From: Eledone cirrhosa
Taxonomy: Eukaryota
Assembly: GCA_964016885.1 (NCBI GenBank)
Contig: OZ024746.1
Span: 11,656,001-11,720,000 of the forward strand
Length of the DNA: 64,000 nt
Direction of reading: 5' to 3'
A model generated the notes under the pieces. It saw nothing but the letters and a program-made list of their open reading frames with translations, had not been told where the DNA came from and did no database searches. A program made the position numbers and the translations under genes. Position 1 is the first letter of the stretch. Each line of letters starts with the position of its first letter. Below are positions 10,300 to 25,703 of the stretch, piece by piece.

Positions 10300-13106
10300 G
10301 AATTTAAATAGATTTAGTAATATAACTAATGTTTTCATTATCAAGTTAGTGTTTGAAATATAAAGGTTCTTACATTTAAAATTTAATTTCAATGGAATTG
10401 TATTCATAAATTTTTATATAACACATATTTGTAAACAGCCTTGTTGGATATTCAAAGTAAAAGAAGAGTGCAATGTTTTTGTTGCCTACTGGTCACTTTA
10501 CAATCACTTTTGTGATATTTAAAGGATATTTTCCAGTTTGTTAAACTGTGCAGTACATGATAAATTCAGCCTCTACACTAGGCTTATGAATTTTGAAAAT
10601 ATGTAAAGTAACCTTTTCTAAATACTATATAACCATACCTCACCTCTACCAAATATAAAAACTGTATAAAACATTTGCTTCAAATTCTTTCCTACATCAT
10701 GTTAAACAGGCATTAAGTCAGAATCGGGTGATAAAAAAAAAAATTATTAAATTCAAATTCTAGAAGAAAATCAGTTATCAATATTTTCAGTTATGTAGTT
10801 CTTTAGTTTGTTATGGCTACGCTGTAACATTGCCTTTAAGTGGATGTTTAACAGTGGAGGCCATACTAAATTCTCAATGATTTAGAATGCTAACTAGTGC
10901 TGTATGTTGCTGATATTACTTAGAGAGGCATCAACATCACAGTTTCCCCAGGTCACAACTGCTAAAAAACAAATCTGTCTATATGTACAGAAATCATTAT
11001 TTTCAATTGTATAAAATTAAAAGAAACAAAAGAAAGCCACGCCAGAATGATAATGGTAATCAATATAAGAGATTCATCAAGTCAAATCCTGTTGGGAACA
11101 CTGTCCTAATAGAAAGTTACAATAAATATCAATAATGATATCATTTGTCTGAAGAGATGGTTGTGAAATAATAAACATTAGCATAAGCATATAGTCGTTT
11201 GTCGGTTTTACAACAGAAAGAGTAAATAAAATTGAAATTAGAAGTATGCTGAATTGCAAATGATACAAGCTAGCAACATGCTTCAATCCTAAAAAAAAAA
11301 CCTATCAAAGATTTATTAAAGATTTCCTTTTCTTTAATAACATTGTTTATAACTTTATGGTCTGGTTGTTTTAATGTTTTTAAAAGCTAAACAGGCAGCA
11401 CTTAAATCTTAATGTCCTGTACCACATGAGACTGCATTAACAAGACACTCTTGAGAAGTACTATGACTGCATCACATTAAAAATTTAAGATGTTCGTCTA
11501 ATACTGCAAATCGTTACAAAGACTTGTACATTAATAACAATAATAATAATAATAATAAATAAGATGGTATAACTTTGTTGTTCGATATTTTCTGCTAAAT
11601 CATTAAAGGATGCTAAGAGTTAAACTTAGTGAGGATCAAAAGAATGTTTATTTACATCACACCACCATATATTCCTTTTACTTTAAGATAGTATGATTTA
11701 AAGGGAAAGACAATAATTATGATCTATATGCCCTGAAGTGGTTTTATGAATAATAATTTAATAGAAATAAGCTTAGAGAAATTACTTAGAGAAATTACTT
11801 AAAAAAAACACAACAAAGAAATGGGGAGCTTATCTTTAAAAAACAACAACATATAAACTCCTCCCTCAACACCACCACCACCATTTACATCAGTGTATTC
11901 ACCTTAGAAGTATAAGTTTCTCAACATACCAATTTAATGTAGTATCAAAAAGGCTCTCTACAACCCACAACTATTAATATTAATACATGTACCTTTGGGT
12001 TTGATTATGTTCCTCACACTCTTCTATACATAAATTAGCTTCCCTCTTTCACTTTATTCATGATAATTCAATCCTTGATCATTTTTCCAACACATGTAAC
12101 ATCCACCTAAATAAAACTTATCTTAACTAACAAACTGTGTACTATCTCCATCAAACCCCAAATGACACATTGTTTTCCTCCAACTGTTAACCTTACCTCA
12201 TCCTCAATGTTAAATACTTTTTAGAACTCTTTCTAGATGTGAGACCATGCGGGACTCCTCCTAGCCCAGACTTTTCTTATATCAACTTAAACAATCTGGA
12301 AGAAACTATAAAATCCCTGTATGTGCATTGTTCCTTTTTTTCTTTTTTTGCACAAAATGTTGTTGAATTAGGCATGTCTGCAAAAAAGACTATTACCTTC
12401 TGTCCATTTTCTACAAAATATTAAATGAAAAAAAAGTACTATTTACAGCTCACACCTATATAGGTTTAGCTGGCCTCCTACATAATTGCATCTTATAGGA
12501 GGTTTTGTGTTTTAATGATAGGAACACCAATCCTACTAGAAAAAGCAACATGAAATGAAGTATCTCAAGAACACAAAGTGCCATCCAACCCATGACCTTA
12601 TAATCATGAGTCCAACACTAAGCCACACACCTTCACTATTAAATGTATATATTGAAACAGCTATATTCTAAAAATTGTTTCTACTTTTGGCACAAGGCCA
12701 GCAATTACCCAGTGTATTACTGGTACTTTATTTTATCGACCCCATAAGAATGAAAGGCAAAGTTAACCTCGGCGGGATTTGAACTCAGAATAATAATATG
12801 CATTATAATGTATGTCAGCTAACCAACCATCCTTTTCATACACAGTTTTAGTAAATCAACCACCTTTTCTTTTTAGAAAGTATTTTTGTTAAAAACTTAC
12901 ACCCTTCATACACTCCTTTCCTAGCTTACTAATTATCACATGACTACAGAATTGGTACACTCAGTTCTATGTCAAAATATCCTTGTTCTGAAGCTGACTC
13001 ACTCAGTTCATACTACATTGAATATATTGGTAAATAGCCAAAAGGTGAAAAATTGAATGTTAAATGATGCTAATGAGATTTTTACTGTCCCCAGTATACA
13101 GGGTCA

Positions 13107-14267
13107 TCTATACATATATATAAAACTGTAGTTGTCTGTCTGTGTGTCCTCATTTTTGCAAAGCCTATACAAATCCACATGTCTACTCCGATTGACTTCG
13201 AACTTGCATTTATATATTCCTTGCGGTCTAAAGATATTAACTGCAGCTTTTATTTTTCAATTTTCTGTTGTTAAAGGGGTGTTAGGCGCCAGTTATCCAT
13301 CTCCGAGCATCCTTATAATATCTGTCTGTATGCCTGGCTGTCTGCATTACAACATTATGACAAACATTGATGACGTATTATGTTCGCTATTTTCCGTTCA
13401 TTGCCAGGGAACGTCTTCACGAACCAAAGTATCGTCTTCCTGTTTTCCTTCAGTTGCAATGTTTTTCGAAATATTTACTTCTGCGTTCACAGATTGATTT
13501 TTTTAGTTTCAGAAGATCCCGTTGTGAAAGCAGCGATTCTTTGCTTAAACTTTAATCTGTTATTTTAATATATAATATAAGCGAGGCAAGCCAGCCTAGT
13601 TGCCACTTCTTGCCAATAAACATTAACCCTTTGGGCGCCATTCATCTAACTGTAGACCAACAAATACCAACTAAATGGAGCGTTGACAAGAACGATGGCG
13701 AATGAATCTTCGAGGTAAGCAGTTTCCTCCCGAGCTGTTCACGCGGGATTCTCTGCTACACCTTTTCGTAATAATACCGAACAACGTACTGCTGGTCACT
13801 CCTTCCTCCAAAAGCCGTACAAAGCGGACATGTGCATCAGGCAGATGGATCGGGTGCAAATCTACACTAGGTCTACGCAAGAAATTCGCAAGGGACTGCA
13901 CTGAGAGGGATAGAGAGAAAGAGTAACTTAGTGACAAGAGTGCAAATGGACTTTTGAGGTAAGTAGCCTATGCCTTACTGCTATTGCACTGGAACCTTCT
14001 GCCAACTTAACCTGTGACTTTCTTTCACATTTACTCCAATAGGCCAAAATAGAGGAGTATGAAAAGAAGGGGCTCAACAATATTTCTATGAACAAAGCAC
14101 ATAGACAGCTAAACTGTACTTTCAACTTCTTAATTTTCTTCAAATAAAACAAGTTTCCTGTCGGTATATTTTCGTGAGTTTTTAACAGGCATTCACAAAT
14201 AAAGGTTTCTCATTGGAGGTGCTATTACCAATGTTCTTACCTGTGCAACGCCGGGATACACTGCTAG
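13107..14267 (+). mobile_element. Non-autonomous Helitron
   Basis: Canonical A|TC ... CTAG|T insertion without TSD. Subterminal hairpin CCTGTGCAACGCCGGG. Termini resemble 6902-7810. Confidence 0.85.
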
Positions 14268-17200
14268 TATGATATAAATCTTTTTTAAACTTTACAATTT
14301 CATAGTGTTTTGAATTTGTTCAGTTGCCTTTTTATCCTACCATTATTTCTACCAGATTCACTAAATTCTTTGCTTAATACTTTTTCAAAAATGCTTCCTC
14401 CTGAAACTTCCTTTATGTTCACATTTTCCTTCTAACCAATCATTAATTTATAAAAAGGAAATCCAAATCAAATATTAACAGTGCATATTTATTACATATT
14501 CCCTACTCTATGAGGAGGGTTGAAAAGGGTTATCAGTGCTAACACTCAAGTAAACAAATAAAAAAATGTTTTTCTCAGATTCTCTATTTCTTTCATTGTA
14601 AGGTTATTTTAAGTGGGAGATTATATTTTATCGTTTATACATGAAAATTAACCCCTTTGATACCAAATAGCCCATGATTCTATGAAACAAAACTACCCAT
14701 TTTAAATAGTCCCTATTTAAATTAAAATCCAACATAATTTGACAAGAATCTTTCATTAAGTTATATTACAAGTGCCATTTTAATAATGAAATAATTAATA
14801 ATCTTTGTGAAACCCTCCAAACTCTTCATTAATTAATTCAAATACTGTGTGTTTCATCAGAAATATGGTAATATGGTTAAACAAATTATGCAGTTTTTAA
14901 ATATGTAAAAAATTCAAAACAAAAATATAATTTCTAAAAAATGCCATTACGAGGCTATTTATTATAACAGAAACAATTGTGAATTAGAGGTGACATTTCT
15001 GTATTTCCACCATACACAACAATAACAACAGGTCAACACAACTTGAATTATTTGTAGTCTGATTTATAAAACATTTGAAATAAGAAAAAATTGATTCTAA
15101 TGAAGCAGCACGACTTGCCATAATCTTTAATTTGTTTACTAACTGGTTATTTTTTTATGGTGGAAAAGAAAATAGTGATATTTCACTGATGCGAGTAATA
15201 TGTATTCTGAAAGTGGTTTGCAAATATCAACATTTTAAAAAATCTTTTTTTTTTTTTTTTTTTGGTTTTACCCTTTCATTACTCTGATTTTAATGAAAGA
15301 CACTGCCTATGATTCTCAAATAATTTTGAAGGGATTTGCTAATATAATTAACTACATATAATTATTAAGTTGGTGTTTGGAACATTATAAAACTATGATG
15401 TAAGGTATTTTAGATAAATATAAACACTTTCAAAGAAAGTTGTGTACTGTAGAACCAGGTGTGGTTTCAGGTGATTCCTTATCAAAATATTATATTAAAT
15501 GTCATTTTCTACTTTCTCAAAAGCTATAGCATCATTTTCACTAAAATGACAAACTATATATGCTACCTCATTGTACATCTTTAAAGTTAAGAAAACTAAA
15601 TTACTGAAAATTGAACATACAGTATGGTAGGCCAAAACACTCTCAACATGCACAGCTGTGTCTTTTTAAATATCTAAACTTTGGTGAATTTACAACAAAC
15701 TTTGAAAATACCTTTTTTACATCCATCATCAGCCATTGTACTATATTCATTTTTTGTTATCACTTTTCTTTCACTTTTCAAAACTAAACACAGTCTTTGT
15801 AAATAAGACTGGAGTTTTAATTAACATTTTACAGTTATGTTTATAGGTGACAGATGAGTTCTAGAAAATTGTTTTTACATAAACACACACTCAAAGGTCC
15901 TCGTTGATAAAAGTAATGCATATGATATTAGCAGTGAACATAAGATTTTAAAAACTGTAAAAGAATAATTAGTTGTGTCCAGAGTTTAATAGTGATTGAC
16001 AGAAAAATCATAACCAAACATGACAAAGCTATTATATGGAGGAATCATAACAGCCATGATTTTCAGTACCTTCAATGGCATTTTCCTGTCAATACACTAT
16101 CCCAAAATATAGAAGTTGAAATGATATAGATAATTGCAGAATAATTCAAATTAACTCATCACAACAAATCTCATGTAATAAAAATCTGTATTTTAACTCT
16201 TTGCATCATTTACCACATGAAACCACATTCTTGAAAAGTACAAAATAGCATTATGGTTGATTTACATTAAAAAAACTCGACTCTTCACTTTGGTTTACTG
16301 CAAATTTTCACAATTTAGTAAAACACTGTTTGAATTAACAACCATAATTTCAGCTCATGTCAAGATGTTAAGAGTTAAAATGATATGCATTCTCACATAC
16401 ATAAAACAAAAATATAGATCTAGGGTTTCTCATAATGTGACATGGATCTCTGCTATGTTTGCAACTGAATATTAATCTATCTTACATATACACACACTTA
16501 TACAATAATGAAAGGGAATAATCTAGTTATCTGTATGGTCTCTACAGTTAAATAAGTGTTCAACCTGTTGCCACACAAGTGTCATTTCATTGAATTGGAC
16601 CATAACATGGATGTAATGAATCAAACAGCTGACAGATACAAGGAAAGATATAGTCTTAATTATTGAAAACCTTCTGCCATTTATTTAATTAACTGATATA
16701 AAGGCCAAGTTATCTTTGGCAAGGAAACTTAAAAGAATTATTTACAATAACAGCTATGAAATTTCTCAGTGCAACTTTACCATAATTATATTTTTTTGAT
16801 TTACCACATTTACTGCTGCATGGGTTATTTACTGTCCTTGTAAATAAAGTAGAGATACATCATGTGTTTGATAACATCATATGGAAATATTTCTTTCCTA
16901 GGTAATATTGATTTCTAATTTCAGCACAAAACCAGCAAATTTGTGGGGAGTCGATTATATCGACCCCCCCCCCCCCTTCCCCCAGTATTTTATTTTATCA
17001 ACCTTTGAAGGATAAAATTGACCTCAGTGGGATTTGAACTCAGAATATAAAGAGTGCAATGGCATTTTATCCAATGCTCCACTAATTCTGGCAATCCATT
17101 CATGAGTAATTCTGAAAACATTGAGTACCAGTGTTACACTATTTCATTTTCTCCCTCTACTTTCTGAGCAGGTTTGTGAAAATAAGACATTCTTTCAACA

Positions 17201-17681
17201 TTCACAGAAGACATAATATGAAGAACTAGAAGACTAATTGGATATAAATAACAGGATATGAGATGTTTCTCATCTCAGTAGTTTTCAAAAACTGGACAAA
17301 AATCATTTTTATCAGTTCCCTTTTATTGTGAGAAATAGTAAGAGGGTATTTATCTATTTACGTAGGATAAAATTCAATGTAGGGAATGCATTCATTAGTT
17401 GGCAACTAATGAATGGGAAAGGAGAGACTGTGTACATAAAAATGCAGTGAGATTTTATATAGATTGACATTGGTGAGCCAAGTGCACATGAGTGTTCAGG
17501 AATAGGAGCATCAGGAAATGATGTTCAAAAACTTTACAAACATCTTAATAGTAGATAGCTTTTGATAAGTGAGTGACCTAATTAGTGCTAGAGGTGGTTC
17601 TTTTAAAAGTGCAGTAAATATACAATTCAGAAAGTTATTAACTGATGTTTTCCTGGGCAATGCCAGGTAGCTGTCTAGTGT

Positions 17682-17734
<53 letters not shown>

Positions 17735-18349
17735 TCATTTTCTTGGAGCAAATCATCTCCATCCTGATTGACATATATCAATCAAACTTCTTAATCACTC
17801 CATCTATATTTTTTTACCAACACATCTGCTTTTTTCTTCCAAAATATAAAAAGAAAATAACTTCCTCTTTAATCTGATAATTAGAAATAATGTAAAAAAC
17901 TGATATTCTACAGTTAGGTGTGTCTACATAAAAATGAATCACCATCATTATTTTACCCTAAATAAAATCATACCAGCCACTCTATAAAGTTAGAGTTATC
18001 TCAGGTGTCAACTATTTATATTTAATATTATTTTTTTACTTTCAAATTTTTTTAGTATAAATTATTTTTACTTTTCAACATGTTCACGGTAACATCCTTT
18101 ACTTTAGTTTCTACATTCTCAAAACATCCTAGTAATCTACTTTAGCTGATTTCTTTTTCTATATTTTTTCTAACCATTGAGAGATCAGCTGGTCTCGCTT
18201 AGGCATCCAGCCAGATCAATTGGAGACAGTTACTTTTGATAGGACCCACTGTAAGGAGTACTTGAGGACCCTTGCCCCACAACCCTTCTAGGAATAAGTG
18301 GCGAAGAAGGTTTGACCTACTAGGAAACAAAAAGGACTGAGATTTTAAG

Positions 18350-18988
18350 CTATATCAAAGATAAACCCCTATTTATGTCTGAGAAATGGGCAAAAATCTT
18401 AACCCCATCTATAAACTGAGGTAGGTAATCAACCCATTGTTTAAATGGTGAAGTTTTGTACATTCTCATAAGCAGAGAATATTTTGAATTGTTTTAATAT
18501 TTTGACATATAAATATTTTAAGTGTCGTTTATAAAGTTTAACAAGTTTCTAGAATTATTGTTTACTTTCTTTTAGCAAACAATAGCAACATCTTCTGAAT
18601 GTAACAAGTTTTATTTAATACACAAATCAAATTAAATACATGTATGCATGCTATAGATATATTGCAGGATACAGACCCCCTTCCCTCTGGACAGACATCT
18701 ATGTAGACCCGTCCAACTCTTGTTAGCAGTGAAAGCAGATGTTAAATGATGATGATGATGATGATGATAATTTCAGATATATTTTCCAAATGTACGCAAT
18801 ACAAATATAATAGTTTTTAAAATATTGTTATTTTCTCTCACAGAAATTACCAAAAGTATCTGTATGTCTCACTCCAGATATTTTGGTGAAAATCGGCCAA
18901 ATATTGACCTTGAATAAAAGCCGACCTCTCATTTAAAGGTGGAGGTGGGGGCACATATTTCCCGGCTTATACACGAGTATATGCTGTA
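18350..18988. mobile_element. Tc2/pogo-like non-autonomous DNA transposon remnant
   Basis: Terminus CGGCTTATACACGAGTATATGCTG-TA. Inverted homolog of 2495-2943, interrupted by an RTE-tail fragment. Confidence 0.55.
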
Positions 18989-19467
18989 ATTCATTTAGAA
19001 GATTACAATACTTAAAATATGTGTAGGCAAGAAATTCAGTGTCTTAAGAAAATGTCAATGGTTACTAATTTAGAAAAATAGATACTGTGAAACAGAAATT
19101 CAGCCTTCATAAAACATTACATGAGAGATATTCTTATTCCATGTCATTGGTGAAATTAGAAAGAATGATAAGCCATATAATATCAATTACAATCAAACAT
19201 ATTTTTCAATCACTAAGCATCAATGGCATGCTAGCAATATTCACGCAAAACTAATTAGTCAATGCTAATATGGAATATTGATTATTAAAACAGTAATGAT
19301 AATATATGTAAACAAAAATTAAAAGGAGGGAAATAAATTAATATTTAAATAAAAAATAAATTCAAATGGTTTCAAATTTATCCATAAATCTTGTAAGTGA
19401 AAATGTCAAACTTTCCCAGAATATCATCCCTTTAGGTTATAATTCAGATTTTGTATAACCCCTTTTT

Positions 19468-19683
19468 TTAACCCTTTAGCATTTAAACCAGCCGTATCTG
19501 GCCAGAATTCTCTCACCTCTTTCTGTTCAAACCGGCTGTAACTGACCACTCGTACTGATGTTAAGGTGTTGTTCTTAAAATAAATAATATCAAAATCTCA
19601 TAGATTCAAGACGATGTGAAATAAAGTGTTTACCATGAAAATATGATAGTAAATATAGAGTAATGTAAATGCTAAAGGGTTAA
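19468..19683. mobile_element. piggyBac-like MITE family A, intact
   Basis: TTAA on both sides and perfect TIRs CCCTTTAGCATTTA/TAAATGCTAAAGGG. Confidence 0.85.
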
Positions 19684-19929
19684 TGTATTATGATCAAGCT
19701 GATATATAAATTATACATATCAAGCGTATTTTGTTTTTTAATTTTAATCCTTTTTATATCAAACCACCGGTAGTTCAATGATACTATGCTGTTTATTTTA
19801 AAGCATTTAAATTTATCTAATGCCACAATTATTTAAATTTATCTAATGCCATCAATGCCACAACTGGGGCATAAGAACAAGCTTTCTTATACTAGTAGGG
19901 GACTGGAATTGCATTTTAGATGCACGCTA

Positions 19930-21480
19930 TGTTTGTGTGCAGTTAGCCCATAGCAGAAAGGAATGTAACAGCATTACAAGCAGAAACAGGCACCCAGTTA
20001 CTGGAAGTTTAATGCCTCTTTCCTGGCATGCATAGACTACATAGCCCAAATTAAACAGAGATTGACAGGAGCAATAGTCAACAACTCGAGATTTGGGTGT
20101 TCTGAAGAGAACAATGAGAGCAAAATCAATACAATTTAGCAAAATAGCTACAGAGACAAATAAATTAGAGGGGGAGCTAGTAAGGGAATGAGAAAAAGTG
20201 ATTAGGAAAGGAATTGCAACTAATATGTTTGCAGTGAGAATGGCCCACGATCACTTCGTCAATGTAAAAAGTGAAGGCTGCATTGTCAGAGCTAAAGTGT
20301 ATGCCCTAAAATACAAGTGATCAAAAGCCATTCAATGGGGCCAGATGGTGGAGTTGCAGTATAGCAACTGGATAAGGATGCCCATGCCATCTGACAGCAT
20401 CAAAATCACTCCCACCCAGAAATGGTCAGAAAAGAAGCTACCCATAAAAATTCAGGGAGAGGTAGTGAATGCTGGTTTTTGTGTTACCAGATTAGAGAGC
20501 CTGCTCTTTTGCTTCTTGTGGAAGATTTTACTGGGCAAGTGGTCCATTTGCTGCCAATATTCTCTTTGAAAAGGGGCATGCTATAGTTATTGATGTGAAG
20601 ATGTGCACCGAGGCTGCAGCATTTGCAAAGATTGGTAAGTAAGCAGCTGTGGTCATCTTTTGTCAGGCATATTTTTCCACAGTTTCTCTCTTTGGCAGAG
20701 CTGAAATCCTGAGTGAAGAAAAGATCAAGACTAGCTTTAAAATGCAGGTGTTCACAGCACTCAATCAGTTGGCCAATGAGATTGGTGGAAGTTTTACGTT
20801 GGTAAACTATAGAGGATTAATGGCAGGGAAGACTGACTACATTCTCAGGGAAACTCTGGGCAACAACAAGAATAAACTGGTTGGTCTGCCCCAAAGGACA
20901 TTCAGCTCAGGGACTATGGTTAAATTCCAAAAATCCTTGGCCTGTTAGTGTACTGGGGGAACAGTACCAGTTTCAGATAAACTCTACAATCTTGGAAGTG
21001 CTATCAGATGAGTCTGTCCAGTATGTAAACAGATAAACAAAACCAATCTGCATGCACCCAATCAGTGTATGAGGATTGCTAACTTGTAAAGTTATTTTGA
21101 ACAACTGTAGGACAGATCCAGTTATCAACCAAGCCCATCATGAAGATTAATTCACCACCTATACACTTTTAACTAGGAAGGTCAGGCAGCTTTCTTCTGT
21201 CTTGTGACTCTGATAAAAGAGGTTGAGTGGTGATGAAGCTAAAAGGACTGTAGACAAATATTTTCTGCTTTGGTCAAGCCCTCACTAACCTTTTCAAGTT
21301 TCCCTTAGAAGGTGAGAGGAAGGTGCTCATCTCCAGTAAATTTGTCAAAAAATGGGTGAAAGTTGCAGCAAAAGTGCAACATGTGTATGTAGACTTGAGA
21401 ATGATAGTTGGATAATGGCACTTAATGGTCAAGATGGCCTTGGATCTGTGGGAATCCTTGATTGGCCTTAGATAGAGGTT
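19930..21480 (-). mobile_element. Highly decayed LINE (possibly CR1/L2-like endonuclease region)
   Basis: GC-richer, formerly coding-like block with only weak motif resemblance. The family is uncertain. Confidence 0.3.
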
Positions 21481-23749
21481 TCCTGTGTCATAAGGTCTTA
21501 ATACCTTATAAACTATGTATACTTTTTACCTTATCTTTTCTAGTTTTTCTAATCTGATTTCTATTCAACCCCAATATTTTATGTAAATTGTCTTTGTAAT
21601 GTTCCTTTCATCTGACATCCATGTGGCAAATAAGAGAAATTGTCATCATGATTAATATTAAGGCAGTGGAGTAGCAAACATAGTGTACTGCACTAAATAC
21701 CATGTAGTATCATAGCATTTAACTTCATACTTCTACCATATAAGTTTAAATCCTATTAATGTTGACTTTACCTTTCACTCCAGGATTGATAAAAAAGGGT
21801 TACCAATTGTGTATTGAGATTGAGTCAACTATCATTCTCATACAAATTTGACATCTTATACCAAAATGAAAATTTATTAACAATATTCCATCATATCATT
21901 ATTATTAATAATAATTATATTTATTAATTATAATAACTATTATCATTATAACAACAACAATAATAGATTTTGCATTATATAAATACAGTAAATATATGCG
22001 GCCAAACATTCACATCAACTTTGGATAGTTTCTACAGCTTCAAGAGCTATGGACAACTCAGGTAATAGTTCTTAACTTTCTAAGTCAACAACCTTATTAC
22101 TTGAACAATTCTAAATACTGAGAAGTATTTTAGATTTGAAGATCAACTGTTACTAAGTAGTCAGCAATACATAAAATCAAGTCAACTAGAAATCTGCAAC
22201 AGTAATAGTCAGTCAGTGAATGGACACATAAAGTGGTCCACTTGTAAACTATCTTTACATTTCCTTTAGAAAAATGTAAACAATCAAATTCAAGGATCCA
22301 CAATTCCTCACAAATATTTTGTTTTAATCTTTCTAGTGTCTCAATGAACCATTTAACATACACAGTAGTAATAACAACAAACATAAATATTGCACATATT
22401 CAAATAAAATTACAGGATATAAACAGGATTAACTTCAAATTAAATCTAACCCTTTTCATATCAACCTAACCAAAACTAGATCTCGTTCTACAAAACAATA
22501 CCTCCCATTTTAAATGGCTCCTACTTATAATAAAATCTCCCAACATGATTTTATATTAGAAACATGTTTGTATCTTAGTTATGGCAGAAAGTAATAACTT
22601 TAGTCAATCCCTCCCTCAAAATTCATTAATTAATTGAAATAAAGTTTGTCATGAGAAATACAGTTACAAATGGGATTTTTTCACTATCATCATCATCATC
22701 ATTTAGCATCCAGACCAAGTCAGTACTTAATTAGAGTTACTGTCCTGTTACTGATGGGCTAGGGTGACCACATCTTGGTATGGTTTCTACAACTGGACGC
22801 TCTTCCTATTACTAAATATTTTACAAAGTGTAATATTTTATCAAGGTATATTTTATCATGGCAACAACACTAGGGAGGTTGTTGTACATTTGACACAACT
22901 GAAGAATCCTCTCAGTCTTATTCGCATGTATATGAACAAATATTGAGTTGTGCCTATATATGCATATAAACAATCAGTATTATTATATGGTAGATACACA
23001 TTTGAATTTTTTAATACTGTTTTTTTTACATATATATACACACACACATAAGATATATACATATTTATTGTGACTATTTTATGCAGTCATATAAAATATA
23101 AATTATTAGTTCAATCTTTAGAGGCAAACACACAAGCATACTTCTCACACTGCAATAACTGAAAAGGCTGAATGAATCCAATAATAATTTTCACTATACT
23201 CAATGTAGACTGGTATCTACCTATCTACAGTAGGACCAATAACACTGTTAGAACTCCATGTAGTACAAAAAGTAATAATTCCAAGATCAGGTGATGAAAG
23301 ATCTTGTTTATGTAGTAGGCTTTCATTATGTTGGATGGATCTATTAGTATCGAGATTAATAATATGGAGCTAGATAACTACTATAGATTAGTCACAATAT
23401 CCATTTATCATTATCAATCAACCTTCTGAAACGATCGTAAAACAATGAACTGATTAAGCACTAAACTTCGCCTTTTGTTCAATGTATTAAAGAATTAAAC
23501 TGTTGGCACATATTAATAGTGTTACACTTCATATATACATTTAACTTGAAAGACGACAGAGATTTGCCTGTCTAACATCGAAACAGTAGCAATTTACTGA
23601 ATCATATATTGAATTACATCCATTAAATTTGCATTTTTACAGTGAATTGGGAATCACTTTTTATATTTAACAATTAATATTTATAGTTTTTGTCTAGGCA
23701 GACAATGCTTACCAAGACTACTTATACACATACAAACATAGATAGTCTT

Positions 23750-24086
23750 TTAATCTTTTACTGGTTTCGGTTATTAGACTGCGACCATGTTAGTGTACCT
23801 TATTAAAGTTATTTTACTGGATTGTATCGACTTCAATACTTATTTTTTCAAGACAGGTACTTATTTTATCAATCTCTTTTTGTTGAACTGCTAATATTAC
23901 ATGACATAAAGATAGACAAAGACACACACACGTATATGACGTATATATATGATGGGCTCCTGCAGATTTCATCTACCAAATTCCACTTACAAGGCATTGT
24001 TCAACCTGAAGCTATAGTAGAAGGCATAGTTCCATAGTAAATGACAAGGTACCATATGGTTGTATCATGAACATCTTAACCACACA
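23750..24086 (-). mobile_element. Old tRNA/CORE-type SINE (second family)
   Basis: Head GTGTGGTTAAGA and a ...CTACTATAGCTTCA... motif shared with 58438-58845. Confidence 0.55.
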
Positions 24087-24464
24087 CTAATTATTCTTGC
24101 ATTGCTTCTTTGAATGTTATGAAACAGTTTTGATGGAAAATCCAGGAAGCTTCTATTTCTCTTAGCTTTAAATTATTATAAACTATCCATATTAAGAAAT
24201 TCCCAGCATGAGTTCCTCAATTACAATCTTTGTTATGCATTGTTTTGGAGTTTGTTTAGGCTACTGCAGAGCAATTCAGATGAAGGAAACAGAATAAAAT
24301 AGAACAAGAAATACAAAAAGAATTTAGATATTAAATTGTAATTTCACAATCCTTAAAAAATATTGAACTGAGACTTAACTTTAAAAGGCTACATATTACA
24401 ATTGCTTTATTATGATCTATATGTATGATGGTAGAAAAATATAAAACTGTAATGTTTTAATACA

Positions 24465-25025
24465 AAAGTACTTAGGTAAGAATAAGCCAGTCTACCTAAT
24501 TTTTGGTGACCTAAAAAAAGCATTTGACTCTGTAGTCTAGTAGTTGCTAAGAAAACTAGGGGCTGATGAATTGCTTGTGAAAGCAGCACAAACCATGCAC
24601 ATAGGTGCCATCAGCAAGGTGAACATTAACAATGAGTTCAGTGAGTAATTTAGCATACAGGCTGGTATACAATAGTGTGTCTCCCTCACTATCCTCCAAG
24701 GAAACGTCTCCTCTATTCTGTCCGCCAGGGCCATGGAGCGGCCAGCACTTGGGCCCCTATTTGCTCATAATAGTGAGAGATGGGGAGAGCAAGAGTGACA
24801 GAGGCAGTGAGAGTTTGGTTCCTTTGTGTTCAGACCTGGTCTTAACATTTTATTCTTGACATCTAAGCTATAACAGGAGATTAAGCTGTCTATGGGAGCT
24901 CTGGTAAACTGGGTCCCTAGTTGTCATAGCTGAATTGATAAAAAAAAATTAGAAGAAAATTAAACAATTTGAAACTTTAAAAAGAAACCATTAAAGAGTT
25001 AAGATGGCTAAAACTAGTTCTTAGT
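24465..25025 (+). mobile_element. RTE LINE RT remnant interrupted by a GC-rich insert
   Basis: YLGKNKPVYLIFGDLKKAFD...LRKLGADELLVKAAQTM matches the RTE RT motif YLAKNKPLYLAFVDLEKAFD. Confidence 0.7.
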
Positions 25026-25703
25026 GTCTCAGTAATTTAACAGTGGCTTGGTTTAATATGTCAAAAATTATAGACAGTTGTTTCAACATTTGTAATACAA
25101 CTGGAAAGAGATTAACAGAATCTATACAAATTCAGAATTGCACTTAATAATTCAGTGAAATAGTAGATTAATCATGCTATGAGGTGACATTATCAATATT
25201 GGTGAATTTAGAATCTTTGTAAAAAGTTTAGAATTATTGCTCATTGTAACGAAGGTATCTTTTCTAATACTAAATAACATTGAAAAACCACTTTCCATGT
25301 TAAGCTCATTAATATTTGCTCTAAGTGCACTAATAACAGGAATTACCCAAGTAGGAAATAAAAGCAATATATACAGCTTGACCTCTGAGCTGGTAGGCAT
25401 GTGACCTACTACCCAAAACATTAGACTGTGATTTTGCTTTAATTTACTTCACTAAGAAATGGGTATCACAATATGCATCCAAGAAAAGTCTGTCACAAAT
25501 TCATAACAAATGTATGAAAAAAAAATAGGAAAATATTTTAATAATAATGCAGATTAATAATTTCAAATCAAAAAGAAAACATTGAGATTTGTAATGAAAA
25601 TGTTTTCAAATGTATTTAGTCATTAAGCTTCAATAGCATTGAATGAGACTTGAAAACAAAATGCTGATTAAAAATCTAATTTGGAAATATAACTATTCAT
25701 TTC

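Noticed and set aside
12275-12377. Possible ATXN7 exon 3 (gcag|ACATG gives DMPNST...)
   Set aside because: Lacks the FG..P..D.FYLVVC..C zinc-finger motif and runs into a stop.
17150-17830. Possible transposase remnant
   Set aside because: Only vague motif resemblance, not enough to call.
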